The notes beneath the pieces were generated by a model. The model ran no database searches, was not told the DNA's origin, and was given only the letters and a program-made list of their open reading frames with translations. Source: Vulcanimicrobiota bacterium (GTDB lineage Bacteria > Vulcanimicrobiota > Vulcanimicrobiia > Vulcanimicrobiales > Vulcanimicrobiaceae). From it: a stretch of 64,000 bases of DNA. The DNA lies in contig CAWBQB010000003.1 of NCBI GenBank assembly GCA_963790985.1, forward strand, positions 853,003 through 917,002. Reading direction: 5' to 3'. The position numbers and the translations under genes are program-made. Position 1 is the stretch's first letter. Every line of letters begins with the position of its first letter. Shown in pieces: positions 48,300 through 58,141 of the stretch.

Positions 48300-49014
48300 A
48301 GCGATACTCGGCTAACGTGTCGACGTCGAAGGCGAGCTCGGGCGAGCAGCCGCGGACGGCCAATGCGGGCAGCGCCAACACCCGCGCGGCGAGGAGCTCC
48401 AAGTCGCCGACGCCCAGGCGACCCGTCGCGAAACGAAGCAGGCCGAGGGGACCGACGATCCCCGCCATCCGCCACGGCTGCTTACGCGCTTCGAAAAAAC
48501 GCGCGGCGACCTCGGCAAGTTTGACCGCTCCGCCGCTCGGAATCGAAAAGAGCCCGCCGTTAACGACGCGCTCGCCCGCAAGCGTGATGCCGAAAGGCGG
48601 CGCCTGCGGAAAGCGCGCCGCGAAATCCGCGAACTCGCTGAGCGCGATACCGAGCGTGCCGGCAGGCAGGCGCGCCACGAAGTCCGCGATCGCGGCGCCG
48701 GTAACGTAGGGGAGGTCGCTGGTGGCGTAGAGGAGCGCCTCGCCGTCGTCCGGCCAAGCGGAAAGCGCGCGCTGCAGATTCTCGCTCCCGGACGGGCTTT
48801 CCGCGATGCATCGCTCGACGCTGCCCTTGCAGGCAGCCCGAACCTCGTCGCCGCCGACGACGGCGATGCGCGTCACGCCGGCCGCGCGCAGCGCGGCGAG
48901 CACGCGCGCGAGCATCGTCTCTCCCCGAATCTGAGCGAGCGCCTTTACGCGGACGCCCGCAGCCTGCGCGAACGCATCCTCGATGCGCCCGCCGGCGGTG
49001 ACGACCGCTTTCAC
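48280..49014 (-). CDS. MobA-like NTP-transferase (GT-A fold nucleotidyltransferase) family protein
   Basis: MKAVVTAGGRIEDAF...K is a G-x-G-R nucleotide-binding loop. ...LYATSDLPYV supplies an acidic motif. It starts 10 nt after the rpsM stop. Confidence 0.6.
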   Translation of the reverse strand: MKAVVTAGGRIEDAFAQAAGVRVKALAQIRGETMLARVLAALRAAGVTRIAVVGGDEVRAACKGSVERCIAESPSGSENLQRALSAWPDDGEALLYATSDLPYVTGAAIADFVARLPAGTLGIALSEFADFAARFPQAPPFGITLAGERVVNGGLFSIPSGGAVKLAEVAARFFEARKQPWRMAGIVGPLGLLRFATGRLGVGDLELLAARVLALPALAVRGCSPELAFDVDTLAEYRYACAHG

Positions 49015-49024
49015 GAAAACGCGC

Positions 49025-49411
49025 CTACTTCTTGGCTATGGTCTTTTTCTTGCCGGCGACGGTGCGTTTGGGACCCTTGCGCGTGCGGGCGTTCGTCTTC
49101 GTGCGCTGCCCGCGAACCGGCAAGCCCCGGCGATGGCGCATGCCGCGGTAACACCCGATGTCCATCAGGCGCTTGATGTTCCCCTGCACCTCGCGGCGCA
49201 GGTCTCCCTCGACCCGGAGCTGCAGTGCGTCGATCGCATCGCGCAGCTTCTTCTCGTCTTCCTCGCTCATCGCTTTGACGCGGAGGTTCGGATCGATGTG
49301 CGCGTAGGCGAGCAGCTTGCGCGCCGTCGTCACGCCGATTCCGTAGATGTACGTGAGCGCGATTTCTACGCGCTTCTCGCGAGGCAGATCGATGCCGGCG
49401 ATACGGGCCAT
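49025..49411 (-). CDS. rpsM: 30S ribosomal protein S13
   Basis: [26 protein letters not shown]. Confidence 0.95.
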   Translation of the reverse strand: MARIAGIDLPREKRVEIALTYIYGIGVTTARKLLAYAHIDPNLRVKAMSEEDEKKLRDAIDALQLRVEGDLRREVQGNIKRLMDIGCYRGMRHRRGLPVRGQRTKTNARTRKGPKRTVAGKKKTIAKK

Positions 49412-49426
49412 GAAAAACCGTTCCTT

Positions 49427-49543
49427 CTATCCCTGCACTTGTTTGTGCTTGGGATTGACTTCGCAGATCACGCGCACTTTGCCGTGACGGCGAATGATTT
49501 TGCACTTCTCGCAGATTTGCTTGACCGAGGGTCTAACTTTCAT
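49427..49543 (-). CDS. rpmJ: 50S ribosomal protein L36
   Basis: Below the track cutoff. My translation is [38 protein letters not shown]. Confidence 0.92.
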   Translation of the reverse strand: MKVRPSVKQICEKCKIIRRHGKVRVICEVNPKHKQVQG

Positions 49544-49644
49544 TTCGCTTGCCTTTTATTCCGAGTCACTTGTACCGATAGGTTATTCTGCCGTGCGTAA
49601 GGCGGCGTCCGTTAGCGAGCTCGACGCCTACGCGCCACGAGAGC

Positions 49645-50451
49645 TCACGCTATAGCTTCTCGAGGAGGACGATAGCGTTCGGCGGCCGGGTGCTCCCCAT
49701 GCTCCCGCAGCGTTAGGATTCTAGGCCCGTTCTCGGTCACGGCTATCGTATGCTCGAAATGCGCTGCGAGTTTACCATCTGCCGTGACGACTGTCCAGTC
49801 GTCCTTGAGAATCTTGATCTTCGGATTCCCCTGGGTGATCATGGGTTCGACCGCGAGGACCAGGCCCGGGCGCAGCTCCATCCCCGTTCCGGCACGCCCG
49901 TAGTTGGGCACCTGGGGCTCCTCGTGCATGGCCCGCCCGACGCCGTGCCCCACGAGCTCGCGCACGACGCCGTAACCGTGGCGCTCGGCGTGCTCCTGCA
50001 CCGCCGCCCCGATGTCGCCGACGTGCTTCCCGGGCTCCATCTGCGCGATCCCGAGCATCAGGCACTCCTGGGTAACGTCGAGCAGCCGCTGGGCGCTCTC
50101 CGAAATGCTTCCTACCGCAACCGTCGCCGCGCTGTCGCTCACGTAGCCGTCCAGCGTCGTCCCGATGTCGATCGAGAGGAGATCGCCATCGCGCAGAACG
50201 CGCGAGCCGGGGATGCCGTGCACGACCTCGTCGTCAATGGAGGCGCAGACCGATCCGGGGAATCCGTTGTATCCCTTGAACGTCGGAATGCCGCCGCGTT
50301 CGCGAATGCCTTGCTCCGCTAGCCGATCGAGCTCGCCCGTCGTCATGCCGGGGCGCACCGCCTTCATGAGGCTCGTCAGCACGGCCGAAGTGATCTTGCC
50401 GCTGCGCCGCATGATCTCGATCTCGCGCGAGGACTTCAGCGCGACCGTCAT
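49645..50451 (-). CDS. map: Type I methionine aminopeptidase
   Basis: VVHGIPG, DIGTTLDGYVSDSA, HGVGRAMHEEP and VLAVEPM metal-ligand motifs are present. Confidence 0.95.
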   Translation of the reverse strand: MTVALKSSREIEIMRRSGKITSAVLTSLMKAVRPGMTTGELDRLAEQGIRERGGIPTFKGYNGFPGSVCASIDDEVVHGIPGSRVLRDGDLLSIDIGTTLDGYVSDSAATVAVGSISESAQRLLDVTQECLMLGIAQMEPGKHVGDIGAAVQEHAERHGYGVVRELVGHGVGRAMHEEPQVPNYGRAGTGMELRPGLVLAVEPMITQGNPKIKILKDDWTVVTADGKLAAHFEHTIAVTENGPRILTLREHGEHPAAERYRPPREAIA

Positions 50452-51101
50452 TTCGCCGCCCGCTGCAAACCGATCGCCGCCGCGACGGCATCGGCCACGG
50501 CGTCGACGCCGTCGAGCGCGTTGACTTCCGCAAGCGTTCCGGCGCGCCGGTAGTACTCGACGAGCGGTGCGGTCTGCGCTTCGTAGACGTCCAAGCGATG
50601 CGCGACGGTCTCCGGACGGTCGTCGTCGCGCTGCACGAGCGGGCCGCCGTCGTCGTCGTCCGTGCCGGCGACCGCGGGCGCTTGCGTCAGCGCGTTGTAC
50701 GTCCGTCCCGTGCGCGGATTGGTCCAGCGAGCGGCGAGCCGCGCGATCAGCGCATCGCGATCCGCCTTAAAGAGAATGACGTGATCGAGCGGCCAGCCGC
50801 GGCGGGCCAGCAATTCGTCGAACGCCTCCGCCTGGGCGACCGTGCGCGGGAATCCGTCCATCGCAAAACCATCCGGATGCCGCGCCAGTTCCTTTTCGAT
50901 CATCGCGACGACCAGCGCGTCGGGAACGAGCTCGCCGCGGCGCATGTACGCGTCGGCCTGGCGGCCCAGAGCGGTTTCCTCGGAGCGCTCGTGCCGGAGG
51001 ATGTCGCCCGTCGAGATCTGCACGATGCCCGCGCGCTCCTGGAGGATGCGCGCTTGCGTTCCCTTGCCCGCGCCCGGGGGTCCTAGGAAGACCAGTCGCA
51101 T
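50448..51101 (-). CDS. adk: Adenylate kinase
   Basis: MRLVFLGPPGAGKGTQA...GDILR...DGFPRT. Confidence 0.95.
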   Translation of the reverse strand: MRLVFLGPPGAGKGTQARILQERAGIVQISTGDILRHERSEETALGRQADAYMRRGELVPDALVVAMIEKELARHPDGFAMDGFPRTVAQAEAFDELLARRGWPLDHVILFKADRDALIARLAARWTNPRTGRTYNALTQAPAVAGTDDDDGGPLVQRDDDRPETVAHRLDVYEAQTAPLVEYYRRAGTLAEVNALDGVDAVADAVAAAIGLQRAAK

Positions 51102-51114
51102 CAGCGGCCCGCCA

Positions 51115-52443
51115 CTATCGCTTGATGAAGCCCCGGTAATCGCGCATCGCCAGACGCGCTTCGATCTGATTGATCGTATCGAGCGCCACGCCGACGACGA
51201 TGAGCAGCGAGGTTGAGCCGAGATAGAAGGTCGTCACCGAGAGACCGCGCTGCAGCGCGCCCGGCAGGACGGCGAGCAGCCCGAGATAGATCGCCGCCGC
51301 CGTCGTCAGACGCATCAGGATCTTGTTGAGGTAGTCCACCGTGGGCTGCCCGGGACGAATCCCGGGAATGAACGCACCGGTCTTCTTCAGGTTGTCGGCC
51401 ACGTCGCGCGTGTTGAGCACGATCGAGCTGTAGAAGAACGTGAAGACGACCACCAGTAAGAAGTAGACGATGTTGTAGAGGAATCCGTTGGGCGTGAACC
51501 AGACGTTCAGCCAAGCCGAAAAGCCCTGCATCGCCCGCTGGAAGGCCGGCCAGAACCCGCTGCCGGTGATCGCTTGCCCGTGGCCGAACCACGAGAGCGC
51601 CTGCTGCGGCAGGAGCAGGATCGAGATCGCGAAGATGATCGAGATAACGCCCGCGTTGTTCAGCCGCAGCGGAATGTACGTAGATCGCCCCGCGAACATC
51701 TTGCGTCCGACGACCCGTCGCGCTTGCTGGACCGGGACTCGCCGCTGCCCCTGGTAGAGGAAGATGATCGAGACGATGATGATGATCGCGACCGCGATGT
51801 AGAGGAACAAGTTGAGCAGCGACTCCGCTCCTTGGCTCGCCGACGCGTAGGTCTGCGTGACGTACTGCGGATAGCGAAGGACGATGCCGATGAAGATGAT
51901 CAGGGAGACGCCGTTGCCGATGCCTTTGTCGCTGATCTGCTCGCCCAGCCACATGAGAAACAGCGTGCCGCCGACCATCGCGACGATCGCGTAGAGCAGA
52001 TACCAGATGCTCGTGTCGTAGAAGACGCCCGAGCGCTCCATCGAGATCGCCATGAACGTCGCTTGAATCGTGCCCAGGATGATCGTGAGCCAGCGCGTGT
52101 ACTGGCTGATCTTCTTGCGGCCTTCCTCGCCGCCTTTCTTCGCCATTTCCTCGAGCTGCGGCAGGACGACGGTCATCAGCTGCATGATGATCGACGCGTT
52201 GATGTACGGCGTGATTCCCATGGCGATGATCGAGAGCTTCTGCAGCGCGCCGCCCGACAGGAAGCCCAGCAGGTTGTAGAAGGCGCCGCTCTGGAGCACG
52301 CGCTCCCACGCCGCCTGGTTGACGTTGGGGAGCTGCACGTGGATCATGAAAACGAACCACGCGAAGGCAAAGAGAACGAAGAGAATCCGCGAGCGTATCT
52401 CCGGGACGAGTATCGCCGCCCGAAGGTTATTGAACACCCGCAT
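51115..52443 (-). CDS. secY: Preprotein translocase subunit SecY
   Basis: 442 aa, 10 TM helices, ...IIAMGITPYINASIIMQL... Confidence 0.95.
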   Translation of the reverse strand: MRVFNNLRAAILVPEIRSRILFVLFAFAWFVFMIHVQLPNVNQAAWERVLQSGAFYNLLGFLSGGALQKLSIIAMGITPYINASIIMQLMTVVLPQLEEMAKKGGEEGRKKISQYTRWLTIILGTIQATFMAISMERSGVFYDTSIWYLLYAIVAMVGGTLFLMWLGEQISDKGIGNGVSLIIFIGIVLRYPQYVTQTYASASQGAESLLNLFLYIAVAIIIIVSIIFLYQGQRRVPVQQARRVVGRKMFAGRSTYIPLRLNNAGVISIIFAISILLLPQQALSWFGHGQAITGSGFWPAFQRAMQGFSAWLNVWFTPNGFLYNIVYFLLVVVFTFFYSSIVLNTRDVADNLKKTGAFIPGIRPGQPTVDYLNKILMRLTTAAAIYLGLLAVLPGALQRGLSVTTFYLGSTSLLIVVGVALDTINQIEARLAMRDYRGFIKR

Positions 52444-52942
52444 CCTCCGCAGGGGACTCTTCCAGGCGCGCGCCGGCGGCCGCCAGCGCCTCGCGAGCGC
52501 TCTTCGAGAAGAGCACGTCGCGGAAACGCAGGCCTTGCGGAAGCGCCTTGTCGGCGCGCGCGCCGCCCAGGATCTTCACGCCGTCGTTCGACCCTTTGAG
52601 CAAACCTAGTCCGCGCAGCGCCTCGGGCGTCACCTCGACGGCAACGTCCCACTGCGCGAGCTGGTGGAGATTGATCACCGCCAGGCGCGAGCCAAAGTGT
52701 CCGGTGTCGCGCCCCTTCTGCGAGTAGCCGCGCGCGTGCGGAATGCGCCGCGCCCAGGCCGTCTGGCCGCCTTCGAACGCCGGCCCTTTGCCGCCGCCCG
52801 AGCGTACCGTCTGACCCTTGCCGCCTTCGCCGCCGGTCTTCACCATGCCCGACCCGTGGCCGCGACCGATGCGCTGCCGCTTCGGCCGGCTGCCCGGCGC
52901 CGGTTTGAGCGCGCCTAGTTTGAGCATTTCTTTCTCTGCCAC
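52427..52942 (-). CDS. rplO: 50S ribosomal protein L15 (extended C-terminus)
   Basis: LKLGALKPAPGSRPKRQRIGRGHGSGMVKTGGEGGKGQ. The start could instead be the internal ATG at 52927. Confidence 0.92.
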   Translation of the reverse strand: MAEKEMLKLGALKPAPGSRPKRQRIGRGHGSGMVKTGGEGGKGQTVRSGGGKGPAFEGGQTAWARRIPHARGYSQKGRDTGHFGSRLAVINLHQLAQWDVAVEVTPEALRGLGLLKGSNDGVKILGGARADKALPQGLRFRDVLFSKSAREALAAAGARLEESPAEDAGVQ

Positions 52943-52948
52943 CTTAGT

Positions 52949-53458
52949 TTACGCTGCGTAAATCTCTTTGACGGTCTTGCCGCGCAGCGCCGCAACCTGT
53001 TCGGCGGTCTTGAGCGAGGCCAGTGCGTCCACCGTCGCCATGACGACGTTGATCGGATTGTTGGTTCCGAGGCACTTCGTCAGAATGTCGTGAATGCCGG
53101 CGAGCTCGAGCACGGCGCGCATCGAGCCGCCGGCGATGACGCCGGTTCCGCGCGCCGCCGGTTTGAGCAGCACCGTCGCCGCGCCGACTTCGTGGCGAAC
53201 TTCGTGCGGAATGGTCCGCTCGACCATCGGCACGGTGACGAGACTCTTCTTCGCACGCTCGACGGCCTTGCGAATCGCCTCGGGAACCTCGCCCGCCTTA
53301 CCGATGGCGTAGCCGACCTTTCCCTTGCGATCGCCGACGACGACGAGCGCGCTGAAGCTGAAGCGCTTGCCTCCCTTGACGACTTTGGCCACCCGGTTTA
53401 CCCGGACGACCGTCTCTTCGAAACCGCTGTTGTCGCGTTCGCGACCACGATACTGCAT
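52949..53458 (-). CDS. rpsE: 30S ribosomal protein S5
   Basis: [27 protein letters not shown]. Confidence 0.95.
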   Translation of the reverse strand: MQYRGRERDNSGFEETVVRVNRVAKVVKGGKRFSFSALVVVGDRKGKVGYAIGKAGEVPEAIRKAVERAKKSLVTVPMVERTIPHEVRHEVGAATVLLKPAARGTGVIAGGSMRAVLELAGIHDILTKCLGTNNPINVVMATVDALASLKTAEQVAALRGKTVKEIYAA

Positions 53459-53817
53459 TAGAAGTTCAACCCCGCTTCGCGCGCTGCGTCGGCAAGTGCC
53501 CGCACGCGCCCGTGATATTTGTAACCTCCGCGGTCGAAGACGACCTCGGAGACGCCTGCCGCCTTGGCCTTAGCGGCGATCGCCGCGCCGACCGCTTTTG
53601 CCGCGTCCACGTTGGTCTTCGACGAGAGCGGCTCTGCCAGCGAACGATCGAGGGTGGAGGCCGACGCAAGCGTGTGCCCCTTGGCGTCGTCCACGACGAT
53701 CGCGTAGATGTGGTGCAGGGAACGCCGCACGCACAGGCGCGGCCGCTGCGCGTTTCCGACGACCTTCTTGCGCAGGCGTACGTGGCGCGCGCGCCGCGAA
53801 TCGGCTTTGCTCGTCAC
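53458..53817 (-). CDS. rplR: 50S ribosomal protein L18
   Basis: [11 protein letters not shown]...[14 protein letters not shown]...[26 protein letters not shown]. Confidence 0.95.
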   Translation of the reverse strand: MTSKADSRRARHVRLRKKVVGNAQRPRLCVRRSLHHIYAIVVDDAKGHTLASASTLDRSLAEPLSSKTNVDAAKAVGAAIAAKAKAAGVSEVVFDRGGYKYHGRVRALADAAREAGLNF

Positions 53818-54365
53818 TTCTTCCCTGCCTTCCCGGCCTTGCCGAGCTTCTTGCGGACGTACTCGCCTTCGTAGCGGATGCCCTTGCCTTTGTACGGCTC
53901 GGGTTTGCGCAGGCGCCGGATATCGGCGGCGACCTGTCCGACGACCTGTTTGTCGATTCCGTCCACGTGAATCTTGTTCTGCCCTTCAACCGAGAGCGCG
54001 ACGCCCGCCGGCGGCTCGAACGCGACTGGATGCGAATAGCCGAGGCTCAAGTTGAGCCGCTCGCCCGACTTTGCGACGCGATAGCCGACGCCGGTGATCT
54101 CCAAGCTCTTGCGAAAGCCCTTGCTGACGCCTTCGACCATGTTTGCGATCAGCGTGCGCGTCAGACCGTGGGCGCTGCGATGCTGCTTGGCATCGCCCTT
54201 GCGCGCCACGATGACCTTGCCGTCGTCCAAGCGCACTTCGACGACGTCGGCAAGAATGCGCTGGCGCATCTCGCCCTTGGGGCCCTTTACCAGGACCTCG
54301 TCGGCCTCGAGCGTCACGTTGACCCCGGCCGGCAGCGCCACCGGCAGCTTTCCTATGCGCGACAC
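53814..54365 (-). CDS. rplF: 50S ribosomal protein L6
   Basis: [17 protein letters not shown]...GVGYRV. Confidence 0.95.
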   Translation of the reverse strand: MSRIGKLPVALPAGVNVTLEADEVLVKGPKGEMRQRILADVVEVRLDDGKVIVARKGDAKQHRSAHGLTRTLIANMVEGVSKGFRKSLEITGVGYRVAKSGERLNLSLGYSHPVAFEPPAGVALSVEGQNKIHVDGIDKQVVGQVAADIRRLRKPEPYKGKGIRYEGEYVRKKLGKAGKAGKK

Positions 54366-54407
54366 GATTCGACTACCTCTCGCAGTGCGAGCCCTGCGGC
54401 TCGCGGC

Positions 54408-54806
54408 TTACCAAACGTACGCAAGGACCTCTCCTCCCACGCCTTGCTTCTTCGCGCGCTTCCCGGACATGATTCCCTGCGGCGTCGAGATGATGACGAT
54501 GCCCAACCCGCCGAGCACGCGCGGGATCTCCGTCTTGCCCGTGTACACGCGCAAGCCGGGCCTCGAGATGCGGCGCAGTCCCGTAATGACCTTCTCTTTC
54601 TCCGGGCCGTAGCGAAGCGCGATGCGTATCGTGCCCTGCGGGCCCGCCGAGATCCGTTCGAAGCTCTCGATGAAGCCTTCGTCTTGCAGGATCTGCGCGA
54701 TCGCGTGCTTCGTGCGCGAAGCCGGGACGTCCACGGTCTTGTGGTTGGCCGTATTGGCGTTGCGAATGCGCGTGAGCATGTCCGCAATCGGGTCGGTTAT
54801 AGACAT
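54408..54806 (-). CDS. rpsH: 30S ribosomal protein S8
   Basis: [17 protein letters not shown]...GGEVLAYVW. Confidence 0.95.
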   Translation of the reverse strand: MSITDPIADMLTRIRNANTANHKTVDVPASRTKHAIAQILQDEGFIESFERISAGPQGTIRIALRYGPEKEKVITGLRRISRPGLRVYTGKTEIPRVLGGLGIVIISTPQGIMSGKRAKKQGVGGEVLAYVW

Positions 54807-54819
54807 TGCATCCTCCCCC

Positions 54820-55005
54820 TTACCATGAAGCCTTCGTCACGCCGGGGACCACGCCGGCGTGGGCGTTCTCCCGGAAGCAGATCCGGCACATCGCGAACTT
54901 GCGCAGGTACCCGCGCGGTCGCCCGCAGACCTTGCAGCGGTTGTGCTTGCGCACGCTGAATTTCGGGCTGCGCTGCGACTTGACGATCAAACTCGTCTTC
55001 GCCAT
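54820..55005 (-). CDS. rpsN: 30S ribosomal protein S14, zinc-binding type Z (61 aa)
   Basis: [25 protein letters not shown] carries two CxxC motifs. Confidence 0.95.
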   Translation of the reverse strand: MAKTSLIVKSQRSPKFSVRKHNRCKVCGRPRGYLRKFAMCRICFRENAHAGVVPGVTKASW

Positions 55006-55556
55006 CAGCCGCGACCCTTCTGCAGCGGCAGGCCCATCGCCGTCAGGAACTCCGAGGCTTCCTCGTCGGTCTTCGCCGACGTAACGATCGTAACGTCCAT
55101 GCCGCGCGTCTTATCCACCTTGTCGTAGTTGATCTCCGGGAAGACTAGCTGCTCGCGCAAACCCAAGTTGTAGTTTCCTCTTCCATCGAACGACTTCGCG
55201 GGCAAGCCGCGGAAGTCGCGGATACGCGGCAGCACGACGTTGAACAGCTTGTCTACGAATACGTACATGCGGTCGCCGCGCAGCGTCACCTTGGCTCCGA
55301 TGTTCGTGCCCTCGCGCAGCTTGAACGCCGCGATCGATTTTTTCGCCTTGCGCACGATCGGACGCTGGCCGGTGATCGCCGCAAGCTCGCTTACCGCCGC
55401 ATCGAGCGCCTTCGGATTCACGATCGCCTCGCCGACGCTCATGTTCACGACGACCTTCTCGAGCTTCGGTATCTCGTTGACGTTCTTATAGCCGAACCGC
55501 TCCTGCAGCTTCGCTCGAATCTCGCGCTGGTAGCGCTCTCTCAGTCGCTCAGCCAT
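55005..55556 (-). CDS. rplE: 50S ribosomal protein L5
   Basis: [40 protein letters not shown]. Confidence 0.95.
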   Translation of the reverse strand: MAERLRERYQREIRAKLQERFGYKNVNEIPKLEKVVVNMSVGEAIVNPKALDAAVSELAAITGQRPIVRKAKKSIAAFKLREGTNIGAKVTLRGDRMYVFVDKLFNVVLPRIRDFRGLPAKSFDGRGNYNLGLREQLVFPEINYDKVDKTRGMDVTIVTSAKTDEEASEFLTAMGLPLQKGRG

Positions 55557-55559
55557 GTG

Positions 55560-55922
55560 CTACGCTCCCTTCACGGCTTCGCGCGCCGGCTCGCCGCAGC
55601 GAGCGCAGATGCGATGCACGACGCCGTCGGGCGTGCGGCCGCGGCGCAGGCGCGTCGGAGCCTTGCACTTTTCACAGACGTACTGCAGCGCCGAAAGGGG
55701 CAGGGGCGCCTCCTTCTCGATGATGCCGCCGGTCTGCATCGAGCGGCCCGAGCTGCCTTGCTGCGAGTTCTGCTTCGTGTGGCGTTTGACTACGTTGAGT
55801 CCTTCGACCGTCGCGCGGCCCGCCGCCGCGTCGACTGCCTTCACGGAGCCGCGCTTGCCGCGCTCTTTGCCGCGACGGATCATGACCGTATCGCCTTTGA
55901 GAATATTTGCCTTCACCGCCAT
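55560..55922 (-). CDS. rplX: 50S ribosomal protein L24 with C-terminal CxxC...CxxC zinc-ribbon
   Basis: [22 protein letters not shown]...[28 protein letters not shown]...[10 protein letters not shown]. Confidence 0.95.
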   Translation of the reverse strand: MAVKANILKGDTVMIRRGKERGKRGSVKAVDAAAGRATVEGLNVVKRHTKQNSQQGSSGRSMQTGGIIEKEAPLPLSALQYVCEKCKAPTRLRRGRTPDGVVHRICARCGEPAREAVKGA

Positions 55923-55923
55923 C

Positions 55924-56301
55924 TCACAGTACCTCGGGAGCGAGCGAAGCGATCTTCAGGAAGCCGCGCTCGCGCAGTTCGCGCATGACCGGGCCGAACA
56001 CGCGGGTGCCCCGCGGGTCCAGATTGTCTTTCTCGCCTTTGATGATCACGCACGCGTTGTCGTCGCAGCGTACGACCGAGCCGTCGCCGCGCCGGATCGG
56101 CGAGCTGGTGCGAACGACGACCGCCTTGACGACCTGGCCCTTCTTGACCGCCGCGCCCGGGATCGCGCTCTTGACCGTTCCGACCACCACGTCGCCGACG
56201 TGCGCGTAGACGTGCCGGCTCCCGCCCGTGATGTGGATCACGAGCAGCTCACGCGCTCCGCTGTTGTCGGCAACTTTTAGCCTGGTTTCTTGCTGAATCA
56301 T
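55924..56301 (-). CDS. rplN: 50S ribosomal protein L14
   Basis: [27 protein letters not shown] 56301 overlaps the rpsQ stop (ATGA). The track N-terminal extension was rejected. Confidence 0.95.
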   Translation of the reverse strand: MIQQETRLKVADNSGARELLVIHITGGSRHVYAHVGDVVVGTVKSAIPGAAVKKGQVVKAVVVRTSSPIRRGDGSVVRCDDNACVIIKGEKDNLDPRGTRVFGPVMRELRERGFLKIASLAPEVL

Positions 56302-56582
56302 CGCGCGCGCTCCACGATCTCGACCAAGCGCCAACGCTTGTCGCGCGAGAGCGGGCGGCACTCCATGATGCGCACGACGTCGCCGACGTTCGCCTCGTTG
56401 CGCTCGTCGTGGGCCTTAAAGCGCGCCGACTTGCGCACGATTTTCCCGTACGTGCGATGGGGCACGCGGGTCTCCGAGACGACGACGATCGTCTTGTCCA
56501 TCTTGTTCGAAGCCACGCGCCCCTGCTTGATCCGCCGGGTGCCTCGAGCTGCGTGCTCCAAGCTTTGGTTAGGCTGCTCCAT
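56298..56582 (-). CDS. rpsQ: 30S ribosomal protein S17
   Basis: [40 protein letters not shown]...[13 protein letters not shown]. Confidence 0.95.
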   Translation of the reverse strand: MEQPNQSLEHAARGTRRIKQGRVASNKMDKTIVVVSETRVPHRTYGKIVRKSARFKAHDERNEANVGDVVRIMECRPLSRDKRWRLVEIVERAR

Positions 56583-56790
56583 GCTCTCCCTCGGCGAGGC
56601 GCTTCTCGCAGATGACGGTCTGAATCTGCGCGTACGAGCGGCGCATCGCGCGGATCTTGCTGAAATCGGTCAGGTGCCCGGTGCGAAGCGCGAAGCGCAG
56701 GTTGAACAACTCGGCCTTCGCATCGCGCGCCTTCTGCTCGAGCTCCTTCACGGTGAGGTCGCGCAGCGCGGTGAGATCGGTCTTCTTCAT
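56569..56790 (-). CDS. rpmC: 50S ribosomal protein L29
   Basis: [43 protein letters not shown] 56790 abuts the rplP stop. Confidence 0.92.
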   Translation of the reverse strand: MKKTDLTALRDLTVKELEQKARDAKAELFNLRFALRTGHLTDFSKIRAMRRSYAQIQTVICEKRLAEGEHGAA

Positions 56791-57206
56791 CACGCAATAT
56801 CCTCGCGGGCGACGATCTTGGTTCCGATCGGCAGCTTGGCGGCGGCGCGGCGCAGCGCTTCGCGCGCGACGATGGGCGCGACGCCGGACAACTCGAAGAG
56901 CACGCGGCCGGGACGCACGACGGCGACCCAAAGCTCCGGATTACCCTTGCCCGAGCCCATGCGGACTTCGGCGGGTTTCTTCGTCACGGGCTTGTCCGGG
57001 AAGACTTTGATCCAAACTTTACCGCCGCGTTTGATGTGCCGCGTCATGGCGATACGAGCCGCTTCGATCTGCCGGTTGGTCATCCAACACGGCTCCATCG
57101 CTTGGAGGCCGAAATCGCCGAACGTGAGGGCGTTGCCGCGCACCGCCGCGCCGGACATCCGGCCGCGCTGCACCTTGCGCCACTTGACGCGCTTCGGAGT
57201 CAACAT
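56790..57206 (-). CDS. rplP: 50S ribosomal protein L16
   Basis: [19 protein letters not shown]... Confidence 0.95.
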   Translation of the reverse strand: MLTPKRVKWRKVQRGRMSGAAVRGNALTFGDFGLQAMEPCWMTNRQIEAARIAMTRHIKRGGKVWIKVFPDKPVTKKPAEVRMGSGKGNPELWVAVVRPGRVLFELSGVAPIVAREALRRAAAKLPIGTKIVAREDIA

Positions 57207-58141
57207 GTTACTGCGAAACCTCCCCTTCCGGTGCGGCCTCGACAGCCGGCTCCGGCGTCGCTACGGGCTCTGGCACGGCCACGGGCTCCGACGCGGCCAC
57301 GGGCTCCGACACGGCCGACGGGCTCTGCCGGCGGTGCGGGCTGCGCCTGGGCCACGGGCTCGCCGTCTTGCGACGGCGCGAACTCGCCGGCCACGCCTGC
57401 CTCGACGGGCCGCGGTGCGGCCGACGGGAAGCGCGCGTCTCTGCCGCGTCCGCGGCCGCCGCGCTCGCGGCGCTGCGGTCCGCGATCCGAACGCAGGCCG
57501 TCCGCACGCGGTTGATCCGGCAAAACTTCGCCGCGGTAGATCCAGACTTTGACGCCGATGCGTCCGAAGGTCGTAAAGGCTTCGACCTGCGCGTAATCGA
57601 TGTCGGCGCGCAGCGTGTGCAGCGGCACCTTGCCGTCGGCGTTATGCTCGGTGCGCGCGATCTCGGCGCCGCCCAGGCGTCCCGAGACCTGCACCTTGAT
57701 GCCGCGAGCGCCCGCGCGCATCGTCCGCATGATCGCTTGCTTCATCGCGCGGCGAAACGCGATGCGTTTCTCGAGCTGATCCACGATGTTCTGCGCGACG
57801 AGGCGGGCGTCGAGCTCGGGATGCTGGATCTCCATCACGTTGACCGCGATGGTCTTGTGCGTCAGCTGCTCGAGATTCTTGCGAATGTCGTCGATGCCGA
57901 CGCCGCGCTTGCCGATGATGATACCGGGCTTGGCCGTGTTGACGATGACCCGAGCCTGATTGGCGCGGCGCTCGATTTCGATCTTGCTGATCGAGGCCGA
58001 ACGCATCCAACGATTGAACGACTTGCGGATCGCGACGTCTTCGTGCAGCCACTCGACGTAGTGCTTCTTCTCGAACCAGCGGCTGTCCCAAGTCCGCGTG
58101 ATGCCCAGCCGCATGCCGACCGGATGAATCTTCTGTCCCAT
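57200..58141 (-). CDS. rpsC: 30S ribosomal protein S3 with roughly 90-aa C-terminal extension (3' tail probably frameshifted as assembled; likely true stop at 57208)
   Basis: [23 protein letters not shown]... with KH and S3-C domains. See the finding on the tail frame. Confidence 0.93.
   Translation of the reverse strand: MGQKIHPVGMRLGITRTWDSRWFEKKHYVEWLHEDVAIRKSFNRWMRSASISKIEIERRANQARVIVNTAKPGIIIGKRGVGIDDIRKNLEQLTHKTIAVNVMEIQHPELDARLVAQNIVDQLEKRIAFRRAMKQAIMRTMRAGARGIKVQVSGRLGGAEIARTEHNADGKVPLHTLRADIDYAQVEAFTTFGRIGVKVWIYRGEVLPDQPRADGLRSDRGPQRRERGGRGRGRDARFPSAAPRPVEAGVAGEFAPSQDGEPVAQAQPAPPAEPVGRVGARGRVGARGRARARSDAGAGCRGRTGRGGFAVTC

Noticed and set aside
49412-49644. A hidden infA or other small gene near rpmJ.
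   Set aside because: Translation of both gaps gives no IF-1-like S1-fold sequence. Only rpmJ (38 aa) is present.
57208-57507. The 99-aa ORF as an independent gene inside rpsC.
   Set aside because: Only its last roughly 35 codons look coding, and they continue the EPVA repeat of the S3 tail. It is interpreted as the shifted continuation of rpsC rather than as a separate gene.
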